Assembly: GCF_009914755.1 (NCBI RefSeq)
Contig: NC_060937.1
DNA length: 64,000 bases
Direction: 5' to 3' (one strand)
From: the human T2T-CHM13v2.0 reference genome, Homo sapiens
The notes under the pieces are model-generated. The model worked only from the letters and a program-made list of their open reading frames with translations, ran no database searches and was not told the origin of the DNA. Made by a program: the position numbers and the translations under genes. Of the stretch, positions 1 through 17,647 are shown piece after piece (within the stretch, counting starts at the first letter, position 1; every line of letters begins with the position of its first letter).

Positions 1-118
1 ACAGAACTCATATTTTAGCGATTTAGAAACACAGTGTTTTATAAAGGTAAGGCTAACAAAATGAAAGCCTTAGAACACTACTCCAATGCAAATTTATCTT
101 CATGATACCCATTTCTAC

Positions 119-424
119 TTTTTTTTTTTTTTTTTTTTTTTTTTTGAGATGGAGTCTCACTCTATCCCCCAGCTGGAGTGCAGTGGTGTGATCTTGGCTC
201 ACTGAAACCTCCGCCTCCTGAGTTCAAGCGATTCTCCTGACTCAGCCTCCTGAGTAGCTGGGATTACAGGCATGCACCACCACGCCCGGCTAATTTTTGT
301 ATTTTTAGTAGAGACGGGATCTCGCCATGTTGGCCAGACTGGTCTCGAACCCCTGACCTCAGGTGATCTGCCCTCCTAGGCCTCCCAAAGTGCTGAGATT
401 ACAGGCATGAGCCACCATGCCTGG
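119..424 (-). mobile_element. Alu (AluS), CRYL1 intron 1
   Basis: Poly-T followed by the reverse-complement Alu dimer (gagatggagtctcactct...gagccaccatgcctgg). Confidence 0.95.
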
Positions 425-1187
425 ACTTCTACTCCCATTTTTAAAAGTTATCACTACCAGATTTTCCTGCAGCCCTAGGCCCAAAAGAGTTTCTCTCATC
501 CTCTTTCAAGCCCTCCCCATTCTGAAGGGACTTGCCCTGGATGTTTATAGGACAGCTAAGTGGCCCTAAGGAAGAGTGAACTTTGGAAAAAGATCAGCGG
601 AAAAGAATTAAGTGGGACTGTATTCCTAGCAGGTACTTTCAAGATGAAATCTATAAACTGATAAGGAAAGCTGAAAACACAATATGCTCCTGAAATTGAA
701 ATATGTATATTTTGGTCTGTTGAAACCTAAGAATGAAACTGAACCAGGTTTTGGCAAATTAATTGACATTCCCCAAGCCCTATTTGTTAAGTGGGTGTTC
801 CTTGGAATCACCTGTGGGGCCAGGAAAGAAATAGAGGGACGAGAAAGAAGGGTGGTAAAGAGGAAGGGAAGAAACCAGCACTGTCCCAGAGGCAGAGCTG
901 GGTGTGTGCTGAAGTGCTGAGGGTGGGGGAAAGACAAGATTTTCACACCAGAAAACAAAGAAACAAGCAGAGGCCCCAGAGAATTATGTGGTCCTTAAAG
1001 TTTGGAAGCCTTTCTCTAATTCCTTATCAACATCCCTCAAGGAATCAGAAGTAAACTGTTAACTGAAGCTCCTCCTCAGTAGACTGAGCCACCCACAGCC
1101 AGATAACTGCACAATCAACTAAAACTTTACTTCACATGTATTAGGTGCATGCATAACACTACTCCAAGGCATGATGGACCTATACAA

Positions 1188-1430
1188 GGCCAAGCAAGGT
1201 GGCTCACAACTGTAACCCCAACACTTTGGGAGGCCAAAGCGCTTGCACCCAGGAGTTCAAGACCAACCAGGGCAAGATGGTGAGACCCCATCTCTACCTA
1301 AAAATTTTAAAAATCAGCCGGGTATGGTGACACATGCCTGCTGTGGGAGGATGGCTTGAGCCCGGAAGGTGGAGATCCACCATGATAGTGCCACTGCACT
1401 CCAGCCTGGGCGACAGAGCGAGACCCTATC
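1188..1430 (+). mobile_element. Degraded Alu (AluJ-like)
   Basis: ggccaagcaaggtggctcac...cactccagcctgggcgacagagcgagaccct with internal deletions. Confidence 0.85.
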
Positions 1431-1440
1431 CTATTAAAAT

Positions 1441-1528
1441 TGTGTGTGTGTGCGCGTGCGCGCACGCATGCGTGTAAAAACTGTGTGTGTATATATATGT
1501 GTGAGTGTATATATATACACACACACAT
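1441..1528. repeat. Alternating purine-pyrimidine microsatellite (TG/CG/TA/CA)
   Basis: tgtgtgtgtgtgcgcgtgcgcgcacgcatgcgtgta...tgtgtgtgtatatatatgtgtgagtgtatatatatacacacacaca. Confidence 0.9.
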
Positions 1529-1540
1529 AAACTCTGGTAA

Positions 1541-1886
<346 letters not shown>

Positions 1887-2399
1887 CAAAGTGCACTTTT
1901 TAATATGCCTTCACTATTCAACCACGGGCACTCATGGGCCAGAAAGAACAAAGGCACAGTTAACTCCACTGCTCTGGAGAAAAGAAAGCTGACAACAAGG
2001 AATCTGATGCCTTCCTTCAGTGGGAAGGAAACACCCTGACATTGGAAGTGGTCTCCACACCGGGTTGTACACTGATGGGGGGCGGAGTCGGGGGCAGGCC
2101 AACACCTCAACAGCAGTCACCAAAAAGGTGCTTTTAACTATCAATAGCAAGTATTAACATGTTTATAGATTGCTGCTAACAGCTGGCCAAAGAAAGGTAC
2201 ATACAAATGCCCCTTTTTAAAAAACAAAAATAGCAAGGATTGTAACCGTAGGGGTGGGGGGCGGGGTGGGGGAAGCACACACTAAAAATCAGTTTGGGCA
2301 GAATTTAAGCTGTTAAATGGACACACTTAGCAAACTCTCTGGGCTCCATCGGCCCCCACCTCCCCTCTGGAAACATCGCCTCGCCCAGGAATTAGGACT

Positions 2400-3550
2400 G
2401 CGTGTATGTTCGCCTAACACCTGCTGCGGCCTCCAGCGACATCGTCGCCGACAGGACTGCGCTGGCACCCTCCCTGCTGGGCTAGTCCTGTCTCCGTCAC
2501 TAAACGCCTGTGACCTTAGGTAAACTGCTTAGTCTCAGTATTCTCATTCGTAAAATGGGGATGAGAACACAGTCGTCGCAGGATCGCAGCCAGAATTCGT
2601 TTCATTCAACACGGTGCCTGGCACTTCTATGTGGACCTGCGGGCAGACGCGGCGACATTCAACAGAGTCCAGGAACCGCAGGCCCCGCGGCCTGGGCGGT
2701 CAACCTCGGAACCTCCTGCAACGCTGGCTCCCGGGAAGCAGACCCAACTCCGCGGGGCGCCTCCACCTGCCAAGCCCCTCCAGCCGCGCCTCTCCCCGAG
2801 CCCGCCAGCGCCGTAGGGGCCGCAGGGCGCAGGGCTTCGGAGGACCGGAGGCCGGGGCGGGGACAGCGACCCGGCGCCCACCCCGAGGGCCCCACGCGAG
2901 GGCACCACGTCCCCGGCGTCTCCCCGGGCTCCAGGGGCAGCAGCGCGGCTCGGAGCCCTTTACCTGCCAACGATCACCACGCAGCCGGCCGCGGAGGACG
3001 CCATGGTTGGGCCGGGGACGCGGCGCCGCGGGCGCTGGGACCAGGCGCCGGCGGAGCTGCGAGCTCTGGGCTCCGGGGAGGGCGGGTCCCGCGCCCATTG
3101 GCTGCGCGCGCGGACCGGGAGGGCGGGGAGGGCCGCTTGGTCCCTGAGTGGGGTGCGCGCCGCGGGCCCGAGACACCGGGAGACACACGGCGCGCCGACC
3201 CTCGTGGGCAGGGGCAGGACCAGCGCGGGGGCACGTCGGGGGGTGGAAAGCGGGAAGACCACGCGCTTGTGACTGTCAGCATTCACCGTGAAGTCCGTGT
3301 CTATAGGAGGGGACACGGGCAGGCTGGCACGGGCTCTAGCGCTAAAGCACCCTAGAGAAACTGTCAGAGAATGTCCCCTTTGCTAATTCGTCTCTGAAAG
3401 ACGCCTGCCGCTGCCGCCAACTGCGAACTGGGCGCAGGGACTGCGACAGCAGTGAAAGAGAACACCTGATGCGTTCATCTGCGCTACGGAAGGACACGTC
3501 TGAATTCCTCCACGGAGCACACTCTGCACTCGGTTTATGTATCAGAAAAA
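2400..3550 (-). promoter_or_regulatory. CRYL1: CRYL1 CpG-island promoter
   Basis: Very high GC/CpG density around exon 1. CCAAT box on the minus strand (ATTGG at 3097-3101) and GC boxes GGGCGG at ~3080 and ~3121. Confidence 0.9.
2964..3004 (-). CDS. CRYL1: CRYL1 exon 1 coding part (lambda-crystallin homolog / L-gulonate 3-dehydrogenase), MASSAAGCVVIVG(S)
   Basis: ATG in strong Kozak context (CCAACCATGG). The 41 nt end in an AG|GTAAAG donor at 2963. The peptide matches the known CRYL1 N-terminus (start of the Rossmann GxGxxG motif). The rest of the gene lies left of the window. Confidence 0.96.
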
Positions 3551-4520
3551 GGAAATGCCCTCGTGCCCTGACTCCTGGCCTTCTTGGAGCCCGGAACAGA
3601 CCAAGAGGAAGGGGCATCACACATTGCCTGACAGTGGTGTGCGTCCACACAGCACAAGCTGAACGGGAAATGACACAGTCATTAGACAGAGGAGACAGTA
3701 CTCAAGCTGGAACCGCAGCCAACACTGAGATGATAAAAGGAAGTCTTCCTTTGTTTCCCCTGAGTCAGGAACGTGGAAAGAGAAATCTCAGGGGAGGGGT
3801 TAGGTTTTTTTGTTTTGTTTTGTTTTTTAAAGAACAGTTTCACAAATTATCGATAAATATTTGTAAAGTATTCAACCTCAAGAGAAATGAAAAGTAACAC
3901 AAGGAAGATAAGTCATCTCTCACTCATCAGATTGGCTAAGTCACATGGATTGATTATATTCCCATATCCGTAATGGAGTGTTTCGGACATGCAACTTACA
4001 CACAGTAGAAGGCAAGCTTAAATGTTGAGGACTTTTTGGAGGGAATGTTACAGTACATTGTTGAGACAGCCGCTAGCCTGAGCAACCGCGCCTGCTCTGG
4101 CTGAGAATACAAGGCTCCAAAGCTTCCATCTTCTGATGGAGCAGTTTCTGTAGTCAGTTACACAGGCAGCCAATATAATAATCAAGGCACCCAGGGAGTG
4201 AGCATCCTGTGACTGCTCACTACCGGAGGCTATGGGGGCAGCAGACTGGCTTGTTTGCTGCTCCCTGCAAAGTCATGCCTGAAATCCCAGCGCTTTGGGA
4301 AGCTGAGTAGTAAATAATAGCTTGAGGCCAGGAGTTCAAGACCAGCCTGGGCAACAAAGCGAGACCCCTGTCTCTACCAAAAAATTAAAAAACTTATCCA
4401 GGCTGGTGCCGCCTGTAGTCTCAGCTACTCAGTAGGCTGAGGCAGGAGGATTGCTTGAAGCCAGGAGTTTGAGACCAGCCTGTGCGAGATAGTGAGAACC
4501 CCCCCTCCCCGCATCTCTAG

Positions 4521-4528
4521 TGTGTGTG

Positions 4529-4567
<39 letters not shown>
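4521..4567. repeat. (TG)n microsatellite with a (TA) interruption
   Basis: Directly visible. Confidence 0.95.
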
Positions 4568-4569
<2 letters not shown>

Positions 4570-4804
4570 ATATATTTATTTATTTATGTGTACATATATT
4601 TATAACTTTAATCCTTCTGGTACCAAACAAAAAAAATACAGATTTATTTAAATTAGCCAGGTGTGGTGGTGCATTCCTGTAGTCCCAGCTACTCAGGAGG
4701 ATCTCTTGAGCCCTGGAGTTCAAGGCTGCAGTGAGCTATGATTTTGCCACTCTACTCCAGCCTGGCTAACAGAACAAGACTTTGTCTCAAAAGAAAGCAA
4801 AAGT

Positions 4805-5262
<458 letters not shown>

Positions 5263-6261
5263 TCAGCATCCAAGTGCAGAACCTCTGTTGCAATTTAGTG
5301 AAAATCTCAGACCCTTGCAGTTTCTGACATACACAAAATTTAGAATGTATGTACCCTTTGGCTTAGCAGTTCCAATTCTAGAGATCTGTTGTACAGAAAT
5401 TCAAGTGGACAAGAAGTTAGACAAATTTCTTTATTTCAGCATGGTTGTTAATAGAAAAATATTGAAAACATGATGAATATCAATGAGAAATGTTTTTAAA
5501 GACTATGGAATTTTCGGAGAATGTCTGCTTCTGACCAAGAGGAAAAATAAGGATGAAACTTAAACTCCTTCTTGAAACAACTAGAAGGCCCCCAAAATAG
5601 AAGAAACAGGGATTTCAGACCCTGGACAAGAGGCAGCCTAGGACAGCGATCCCTGAGAGAGGGAAATAGACAAGGCATGGGCTGCAGCTCCGAAAGGGAA
5701 AGCTCAGAGCCTGGTTTTCTCACTGAGTTAAGGAAAAAAGAGACTGAAGTTCAGAAAAGCCAAATGATGAGAATTTGCAGGGCATGGTAGCAGAGAGGAG
5801 GCAAACACTCAGGGGAAAGAGGGAACTCCAGGGACCTGTAGAAGAGAGAGGCCCTTCACATGTTTGGCTGAGTGCTGAGCTGTGCGTGTGAGAGAGGAAC
5901 CTGTGAGAGGGTGGGGTGAGAAGTCCCAGAATGAGTAAGCCAACCACCCCCAGACTCATGCAGGACTCAAAGATGTGTGTTCCCACAGCCAGACTGAAAA
6001 GACCTCATAATACACAGGACACCAGATAGAATCCTCAGGAACATGTGGCTTCAGCAGTGGAGCTAAGCTAGTCCTAGACTAAAGGTTTCTCTGGAACCAT
6101 TTTAAGAAAGATCAAAAGCCAGCCTCACAAGGACCACCCAGATTCCAGGTAACTTAACTGTACTCCAGAACAAAATCCGTTACTATTGAAAGGAACACAA
6201 CAAGTTTGAAAAAGAACACATTTAGAAGAACTCTACGTGATTTCAGCATTTACTATAAGTG

Positions 6262-6577
6262 AAACTCCCAATGTGATGGTAGTTAGGGACTGGAGCATTT
6301 GGGAGGTATTTAGGTCGTGAGGGTGGAGCCTTCATGAATGGGATTACTGCCCTTTTAAAAGGGACTACAGAGAGCTCTCTTGTCCTCTTTCCACCATATG
6401 AAGATATAACAAGAAGACAGCAGCCTGCAACCTTGAAGAGGGCCTTCACCAGAGCCCAATCTTGCTGACACTCTGATCTTGAACTTCCAGCCTTCAGACT
6501 GTGAGAAATAAATGTTGGTTGTTCATAGGCTACCCAGTTCATGGTACTTCTGTTACAGCAGCCTGAACTGACTGAGA
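6262..6577 (+). mobile_element. MaLR LTR (MLT1A-like)
   Basis: gagggtggagccttcatgaatgggatta...ccagccttcagactgtgagaaataaatgtt...gttacagcagcctgaactgactgaga. Confidence 0.8.
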
Positions 6578-7004
6578 AAGGTACAAAGACAATTCAATAG
6601 AAAAAGGATAGTCTTTTCAACAAATGGTGCTGGAGCAATTGGATATGCATAAGCAAAAATAATAATAATAATCAACACCTTAATTCTTACCACTTAACCA
6701 CATACAAAACCTCAAAATGCATTATAGACCTAAATGTAAAACCTAAAAACTATAAAACATGCAAAAGAGAACAGAAAACTTTGTGACTGTTAGGCAAAGA
6801 TTTATTAGATATGACATCATAAGCGTAACATAAAAGAAAAGGTTGCTTAGTTTGACTTCATCAAAATTAAGAACTTAGACATTTTCTAAGACAATATTAA
6901 GAAAATGGAAGGACAAGCCACAATTTGGGATAAAATATTTCAAATCACGTATGTTACAGGGCTTGTATAGGAAATATATTAAAAAGTCTTAAACTCAATA
7001 ATAA

Positions 7005-7302
<298 letters not shown>

Positions 7303-7334
7303 TAATAATTCTTAAAATTTTTAAATGGGCAAAC

Positions 7335-7673
7335 TAAAAAGAAATTACCTCAGAGGTCAAATAAAATAGCCCTTGTTTGGGAAACAAGGAATTGCAATTC
7401 AGGTACACTGAATCAGGGCAGCCCTGAACAGAAAGTTGTTTTCAGAGGAAGTTTATTGGTTAGGCAGAAATCCTAAATTGCAAACCCATTCTGGATGTTT
7501 AGAGTACTTCCTGTTGGAGTCCAGTGTATACTGACATCAGTTGTTATCCAAGTCTATCGGAACATTCTGTGGTTGGACCGTTAGCATGTATAAGAGCAGT
7601 CTTCTCATAATCTTTCAACTCCTCCACTTTAGGAAGTCTTAAACTTAAGCCTTAATTAATTCATTTTCTTTCA
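7335..7673 (-). mobile_element. Probable ERV1-type solo LTR (family uncertain)
   Basis: tttgggaaacaaggaattgcaattcagg...ttcattttctttca segment interrupting L1 sequence. Confidence 0.4.
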
Positions 7674-8161
7674 TACTCAGCAACCAAAAACAAACAATTA
7701 AAACTAGGCAAAGGACTTGAATAGACATTTTTCCAAAGAAAATATACAAATGGCCAATAAGCACATGAAAAGATGCTGAATGTCATTAGTCATTAGGGAA
7801 ATGTAAACTAAAACCACAATGAGATACCACCTCACACACATTAGGATGGTACTGTCAAAACAAACAAACAAAAAAGAAAATAACAAGTGTTGGTGAGAAT
7901 ATGGAGAAATGAGACCCCTTATGCGCTGTTGTTGGGAATGTAAAATGGTGCATAGCAGACACTATGGAAAATAGTAGGGCAGTTCCTCAAAAAACAAAAA
8001 ATAGAATTACCAGATGATCCCACAATTCTACTTCAGGGTATGTACCCAAAAGAATTGAAAGTTTGTCTTAAACAGTTATTTGTAAACCCACGTTCATAGC
8101 AGCATTATTCACAATAGCCAAAAGGTGGAAGCAACCCGAGTGTTCATCAATAAATGAAAGG

Positions 8162-8844
<683 letters not shown>

Positions 8845-9197
8845 AATGGATAAACAAAAATGTGGAATATACATACAATGGAATATACTCAGCCTGAAAA
8901 GGGAAGGAAATTCTGATGGATGCTACAACATGGATGAATCTTGAAGATATGCTAAGTAAAATAAATGAAACACAAAAGAAAAAAATATTCTATAATTGTA
9001 CATATATGAAGCACCTAGAGTCGTCAAATTCATAGAGACGGAAGGTGGAATGGTGGTTGTCAGGGGCTGTGGGGAGAAAGAAATGGGGAGTTTGGAAATA
9101 GAGTTTCAGTGGCACAAGAAACCACTTCAGTGGAGGCTAGTTCACAACAATGGGAATATATTTAACAGTACTGAACTGTACACACAAAAATGGTTAA

Positions 9198-9515
<318 letters not shown>

Positions 9516-10034
9516 TTAAATTTTATGTTATGTATATCTTACCAAAAAATTTTTAATAACCAAAAGATTTGAACACATTTCACTGAAAAGATACATGGTT
9601 AACATGAAAAGATACTTAATATGATTAGTCATTAGAGAAATGTTAATCAGAACCATAATGAGATACTACCACATACCTAACAGAATGGCTAAAGTTTAAA
9701 CAAACAAAACTGAGAATTCCAAGTGCCAGTGAAGACGTGAAGCAACTGAAACACTCCTATATTGCTGATGGAAATGCAAAATCGTACTTTGGAAAACAGT
9801 AGTTCACAGGAAAACCTGTATGTAAACATTTGCATTTGCATTGTTTATAGTCCAGAGAGTGGAAACACCCAATAGCCGTTCTATTGGTAGGTGGGAAAAC
9901 GATATGGAGTACATATAGTACATCCACACAATGGACGATAAAAAGGAACAAACTCAGCAATAAAAAGGAATGAACACAATGTAAAATGTAAAAACAAATG
10001 TACACAATGTGGATGAATCTAGAAGAGATAGTCA

Positions 10035-10750
<716 letters not shown>

Positions 10751-11127
10751 CCAGAAATGATAAAATGATTGGGATAGGGAATAGATCAGTGAGTACCAGG
10801 AGTGCGGCGAAGAATTAAATACAAAGGAGCAGAGAGAGGGAATTGAGAGGGGAGCAGAACTGTTCTGTGTCTTGCCAGTAGTGCATATTTACAGTATGTA
10901 TTTGACAGAACTCTTAGAATTGCATGAAAATTTTAAAATAAATACATAAAGTATTTAAATTTTGGGATGGAGCCATACAGTTCTTAGTATACCATTAAAT
11001 GCCAATATTAGAAAAGAGAAAGCTTTCAAATCCATGATCAAACTTCCACCTTTAAAAATTAGAAAAAGGAAAAGCAAATTAATCTCAAAGTTATTAAAAA
11101 GGAAAATACAGAAATTTATGAAATAGG

Positions 11128-11925
<798 letters not shown>

Positions 11926-12643
11926 AGAAATTTATGAAATAGAAAACCAAATAACAATAGAGAAAATTGTTAATAGGGAAAATGAATGAAACCGAAAATT
12001 GTTTCTTCATAAAGATTGATGAAATCAGTAAAAACTTGGCCAGACTGGTCAGAGGAAAGAATACATAAATTACCAATATCGCTACAGATCATACAAAAAA
12101 CAAAAAGGTAATAAGGGAAATTTATGAGCAACTTTATGTCAATAAATAATGAATTTATGAAATGGACAAATTCCTGGAAGCCTTGAAGGAAACAAATAAC
12201 TAAGCCTCACTCAGAAAGAAACAGGTAAGTCTTCTGTCTGTGAAAGGCATTGATTTGTAATTTTAAAAAACTGTCCTCCAAAGAAAACTGTAGGCTCAGA
12301 TGTCATCAAGGGTAAATTCTCCCGAGCATTTAAAGAACAAATATCCCAACTGAATGGAAACTCTTCTAGAAAGTACAAGAGTAGGAAACGTTTCCAACTT
12401 ATTTTATGAGGCCAGCATTATCCTGATATCAAACCTTACAAAACAGCAAAGGAAAACTACAGATCAATATCCCTCATGAACATGATGCAAACATATTTTT
12501 TAAAACATTTAGCAAGTTGAGTCTAGCAATATATAAAAAAGAATAAAACATTATAAGTAAAGGGGGTTTTTCATAGAAACATAAGGTTGTTTCAACACTT
12601 GAAACGTAATTCATGATATAAGTAGACTAAAAGAAAAAAACTA

Positions 12644-13890
12644 GGCCAGGCATGGTGGCTCATGCCTGTAATCCCAACACTTTGGGAGGCCAAGGTGGGT
12701 GGATCATGAGGTCAGGAGATTGAGACCATCCTGCCTAACATGGTAAAACCCCGTCTCTACTAAAAAAAAATACAAAAAAAATTAGCCTGGCATGGTGGCG
12801 GTTGCCTGTAGTCCCAGCTACATGGGAGGCTGAGGCAGGAGAATGGCACCACTGCACTCCAGCCTGGGCAACACAGCGAGACACCATCTCAAAAAAAAAA
12901 AAAAAAAAGAAAGAAAAACTATATGATAATCTTAACAGATGTAGAATAAACTACAACAAAATTCATTGTCTATGCATGATTTTAAAACTTTAATAAAAGC
13001 TAAGATTAAAAGGGAACATCCACTACCTGATAAAGAGCAATCACAGAAAACTTACAGCTCATATCATTCTTTTTTTAAAAAAAAAACATAAATTTTATGT
13101 TGCATATTTATTTGTTTTTGAGACAGTCTTGCTCTCAAAAACAAGAGCAAGGCTGGAGTGCAGTGGTAGCTGTCTGCTCACTGAAACCTCGGGTCCAGGC
13201 AATTCTTCTGCCTCAGCTTCCTGAGTAGCTGGGACTACAGGCGTGCACTGCCACACCCAGCTAATTTTTGTATTTTTAGTAGAGATGGGGTTTCACCAGG
13301 TTGGCCAGGTTGGTCTCAAACTCCTGACCTCAAGTGGTCTGCCCACCTTGGCCCCCCAAAGTGCTGGGATTACAGGTGTGAGCCACCACACAGGGCCTAT
13401 TTTGCAGCATATTTGAAGCTTACAACATGGTATTATGGGATACATTTAAATAGCAAAGTGAAGCATATTAACATATTTATCATCTCACATAGTCACTCTT
13501 TTGCAACAAGAGCAGCTAAAACCTACTTATTTAATAAAAATCCCTAATAGAATATAATTTTATTGTAGTGGCCAGTTGCAGTGGTTCACACCTATAATCC
13601 CAGCACTTTGGGAGGCCAAGGTGGGTGGATTGCTTGAGCTCTCCAGTATGAGACCAGCCTGGGCAACATGGCAAAACTCCATCTCTACAAAAAACACAAA
13701 AATTAGTTGGGCACAAAAATTATCTGGGCATGTTGGCAGACACCTGTGGTCCCAGGTATTCAGGAGGCTGAGGCACAAGAATCACTTGCGCCCAGGAGGT
13801 AGAGATTGCAGTGCACCACAATCACTCCACTGGACTCCAGCCTGGCTACAGAGCTAGACCTTGTCTTAAAAAAAAAAAAAAAAAAAAAAA
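12644..13890. mobile_element. Three Alus (12644-12910 +, 13110-13396 -, 13570-13890 +)
   Basis: Alu consensus matches with A/T tails. Confidence 0.92.
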
Positions 13891-15282
13891 TGGAAGAAGA
13901 AAAAGAAAAAAAACAAAAAAAAACTATAGTCCTGGTGTTATTGTTATACATTAGATCTGTAAACTTGTTGATCCTACATATCTGCTTCTTCATTTCCTTT
14001 GACCTACATTTCCCCCTTTCCTCCCCTACTTCCACCTCTAGTAACCACTGCTTTAGTCTCTATATCTGTATATCTGACCTTTAAGAAAAAAATTCCACGT
14101 ATAAATGACATCGTGCAATATTTTTATTTCTGTGTCTGGTTTATTTCACTTAACATAATGTCCTTCAGACCCATCCATGTTGTGTCAAATGACAAAATCT
14201 TCTTATTTAAGGCTAAATGATATTTCATTTTGTATATTTATCCATTTGTCTATCTAATATTATTCTTAATAGTGAAAGACAATATTTTCCCCCTAATATT
14301 GGGAATAGGCAAGAATATTCTTTCTTACATTTTTTTATTCAACATTGTATTAGAAGTCCTATCCAATGCAATTAGACAAGAAAAAGAAATAAAAGGCACA
14401 AAGATTGGGTAAGAAATAATAATACTATGTTTATTCACAAGTGACATGATTATGTATTTAGAAACTCCTAAGGAATCTTTAAAAATGGCTAATAGAACTC
14501 ATAAGTTAGTTTAAAGCATGCATAGATTCAAGGTCAATCCCCACAAATCAGTTGTATTTATATATAATAGGAATGAATAATTAGAGCTCAAAATTTTAAA
14601 ACACTTACAATACGTGTTTTAAAATAATAATAAGTGACAAATGTCACTTACAATAACAAATGAAAGTTTAAATATGTATGAATTCATTTAATAAAATATA
14701 TGCAATACCTTACCAAAAACTACCAACCTTTGCCAAGATAAATTAAAGAAGATGTAAACAATTGGAGAGATATAGCCATCACAGATCTAAAGACTTAAGA
14801 TTTCAATTAGCCTCAAAATAAGCTAGAGATTCAATGCATTCCCAAATATTCATAAGGCTTTTATTTATAGAAATTTAAAAGTTAGTTCTAAAATTTATAT
14901 GGAAATGACAGAATTTGGAAGCTTTTACTCTAAAGCTACAGTTATTAAGATATATGGCAGAAAAGAGAACCCAAAATTAGGCCCATGTATATTTGTCAAT
15001 TCATTTTTATAAACAAGCCAAAGTAATTCAATGGAGAAAGTACAGCCCTTTCAAAAAAGGGTGCTGAAAAAACTCAATATCCATATGCAAAAATATTTAC
15101 TCATACCATATGCAAAAATTAACTCAAAATAAATTTTAGACCTGCATCTATGACCTAACATTAGAAAATGTGGAGGAAAAAAACATGGAAGAAAATGTTT
15201 GTGACCTTGAATTAGGCAAAAGTTTTCTAGATAGAACACAAAAAACATGAGTCATAAAAGTAAACATTAATAAATTGGATTT

Positions 15283-15992
<710 letters not shown>

Positions 15993-16767
15993 TCACACCT
16001 GCTGTTAGCGTCACCCCAGCAATTGCACCAGTGACTGCCACTTGCTCTGCTTCCTGATCCTTTTGGCCCTTCCAAACACCTCCTCTCACCCCTGCTCAGA
16101 GGACCAGCCCAGCCATCTCCACTGGGGGTTAAGCCTCAGTTCACGAGACCCCTCGTCTAAGCCTCAGGTCTTCCCCAAATCTTCCCTCATTCCCCCAGTC
16201 CTGGGGTAGTGCCACTTCCTGACATTGCTGTGACCTCCCCATTCACTCTTGCTACTTTCCAGTCCTCACACACCTATTGATATTGAGCTGATCCTCCATA
16301 TTAAATTCTCCATGTTGAAATGTCCAGTGTGGTTTCTGTTTTAAGCACTTTTGACTTCTATAATGTTAAAAACTGGTGTATTTTATGAGTTGATTCTAAT
16401 GGAACCCAGATAGTCTGAAAATATACATGAGTTTATAACTAGGTTTCATGTGAATGGCAAAAATTTAAATGAGTATTCTCTGGCATATTTTCTTTTCTTT
16501 TTAAAAAATTAACTTGATTTTAATATACCTTGGTTATGTTTTCTGAGATTCTGATTAGTCCTTGAAAGTTGAATTTGTGTAGCATGAGACTAACGCATGA
16601 AAGAAAAAGACTGTGGTTCAGAAAAGGAAGACTTTAACTTGGAAAAGTTAAAATTGAATCAAGTACATGAAAACAAGTAGATTCTAACATAATTAGAAAT
16701 GGAATATTTTTAGGCAGAATGAGTTTGCACAGCCAAAATCCCCCTATTACAAATATTGCACATATAG

Positions 16768-17608
16768 GGCCAAGCGCGGTGGCTCGCACCAGTAATCCCA
16801 CAACTTTAGGAGGCCGAGATGGGGGGAATCACGAGGTCAGGAGATCGAGACCAACCTGGCTAACACGGTGAAACCCCATCTTTACTAAAAACACAAAAAA
16901 TTAGCCAGGCTTGGTGGTGTGTCCGGAACTTATTCCTTCTGGTGGGTTCTTGGGTCTCGCTGACTTGAAGACTGAAGAATAAGGCCGTGGAACTCACGGT
17001 GAGTGTTACAGCTCTTAAAGGTGGTGTGTCTGGAGTTTGTTCCTTCCGGTGGGGAGTTTGTTCCTTCCAGTGGGCTCATGGTCTCGCTGACTTCTGGAGT
17101 GAGGCCTCAGACCCTCACAGGGAGTGTTACAGCTCTTAAAGGTGGTGTGGACCCAAAGAGTGAGCAGCAGAAAGATTTATTATGAAGAGTAAAAGAACAA
17201 CGCTTCCACAAAATAGAAAGGGACCCAAGCGGTTTGCCAACGCTGGCTGGTGTGGCCAGCGTTTATTCCCTTATCTGTCCCCACCCACATCCTGCTGATT
17301 GGTCCATTTTACAGAGTGCTGATTGGTCCATTTTATAGAGTGCAGATTGGTCCATTTACAATCCTCTAGCTAGACACAGTGGGCTGATTGGTGCATTTAC
17401 AATCCTCTAGCTAGACAGAAAAGTTCTCTAAGTCCCCACCCCACCCAAAAGCCCTGCTGGCTTCACCTCTCAGTGGCAGGTGCCTGTAGTCCCAGCTACT
17501 TGGGAGGCTGAGGCATGAACCCGGGAGGCGGAGATTGCAGTGAGCAGAGACCAGGCCACTGGACTCCAGCCTGGGTGACAGAGTGAGACTCCATCTCAAA
17601 AAAAATGA

Positions 17609-17645
<37 letters not shown>
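16768..17645 (+). mobile_element. AluY/Sc8-like element split by an LTR12, with an (AAAT)n tail
   Basis: 16-bp TSD aaatattgcacatata at 16751-16766 and 17646-17661. Confidence 0.92.
16918..17472 (-). mobile_element. LTR12 (ERV9) solo LTR
   Basis: Minus strand starts tgagaggtgaagccagc and ends ccggacaca; tandem CCAATC motifs; 4-bp TSD GTGG. Confidence 0.92.

Positions 17646-17647
<2 letters not shown>

Noticed and set aside
2510-3355. 281-aa plus-strand ORF and overlapping GC-rich ORFs
   Set aside because: Stop-codon depletion in the CRYL1 CpG island; low-complexity G/A/P/R composition. Only the 41-nt minus-strand exon is supported.
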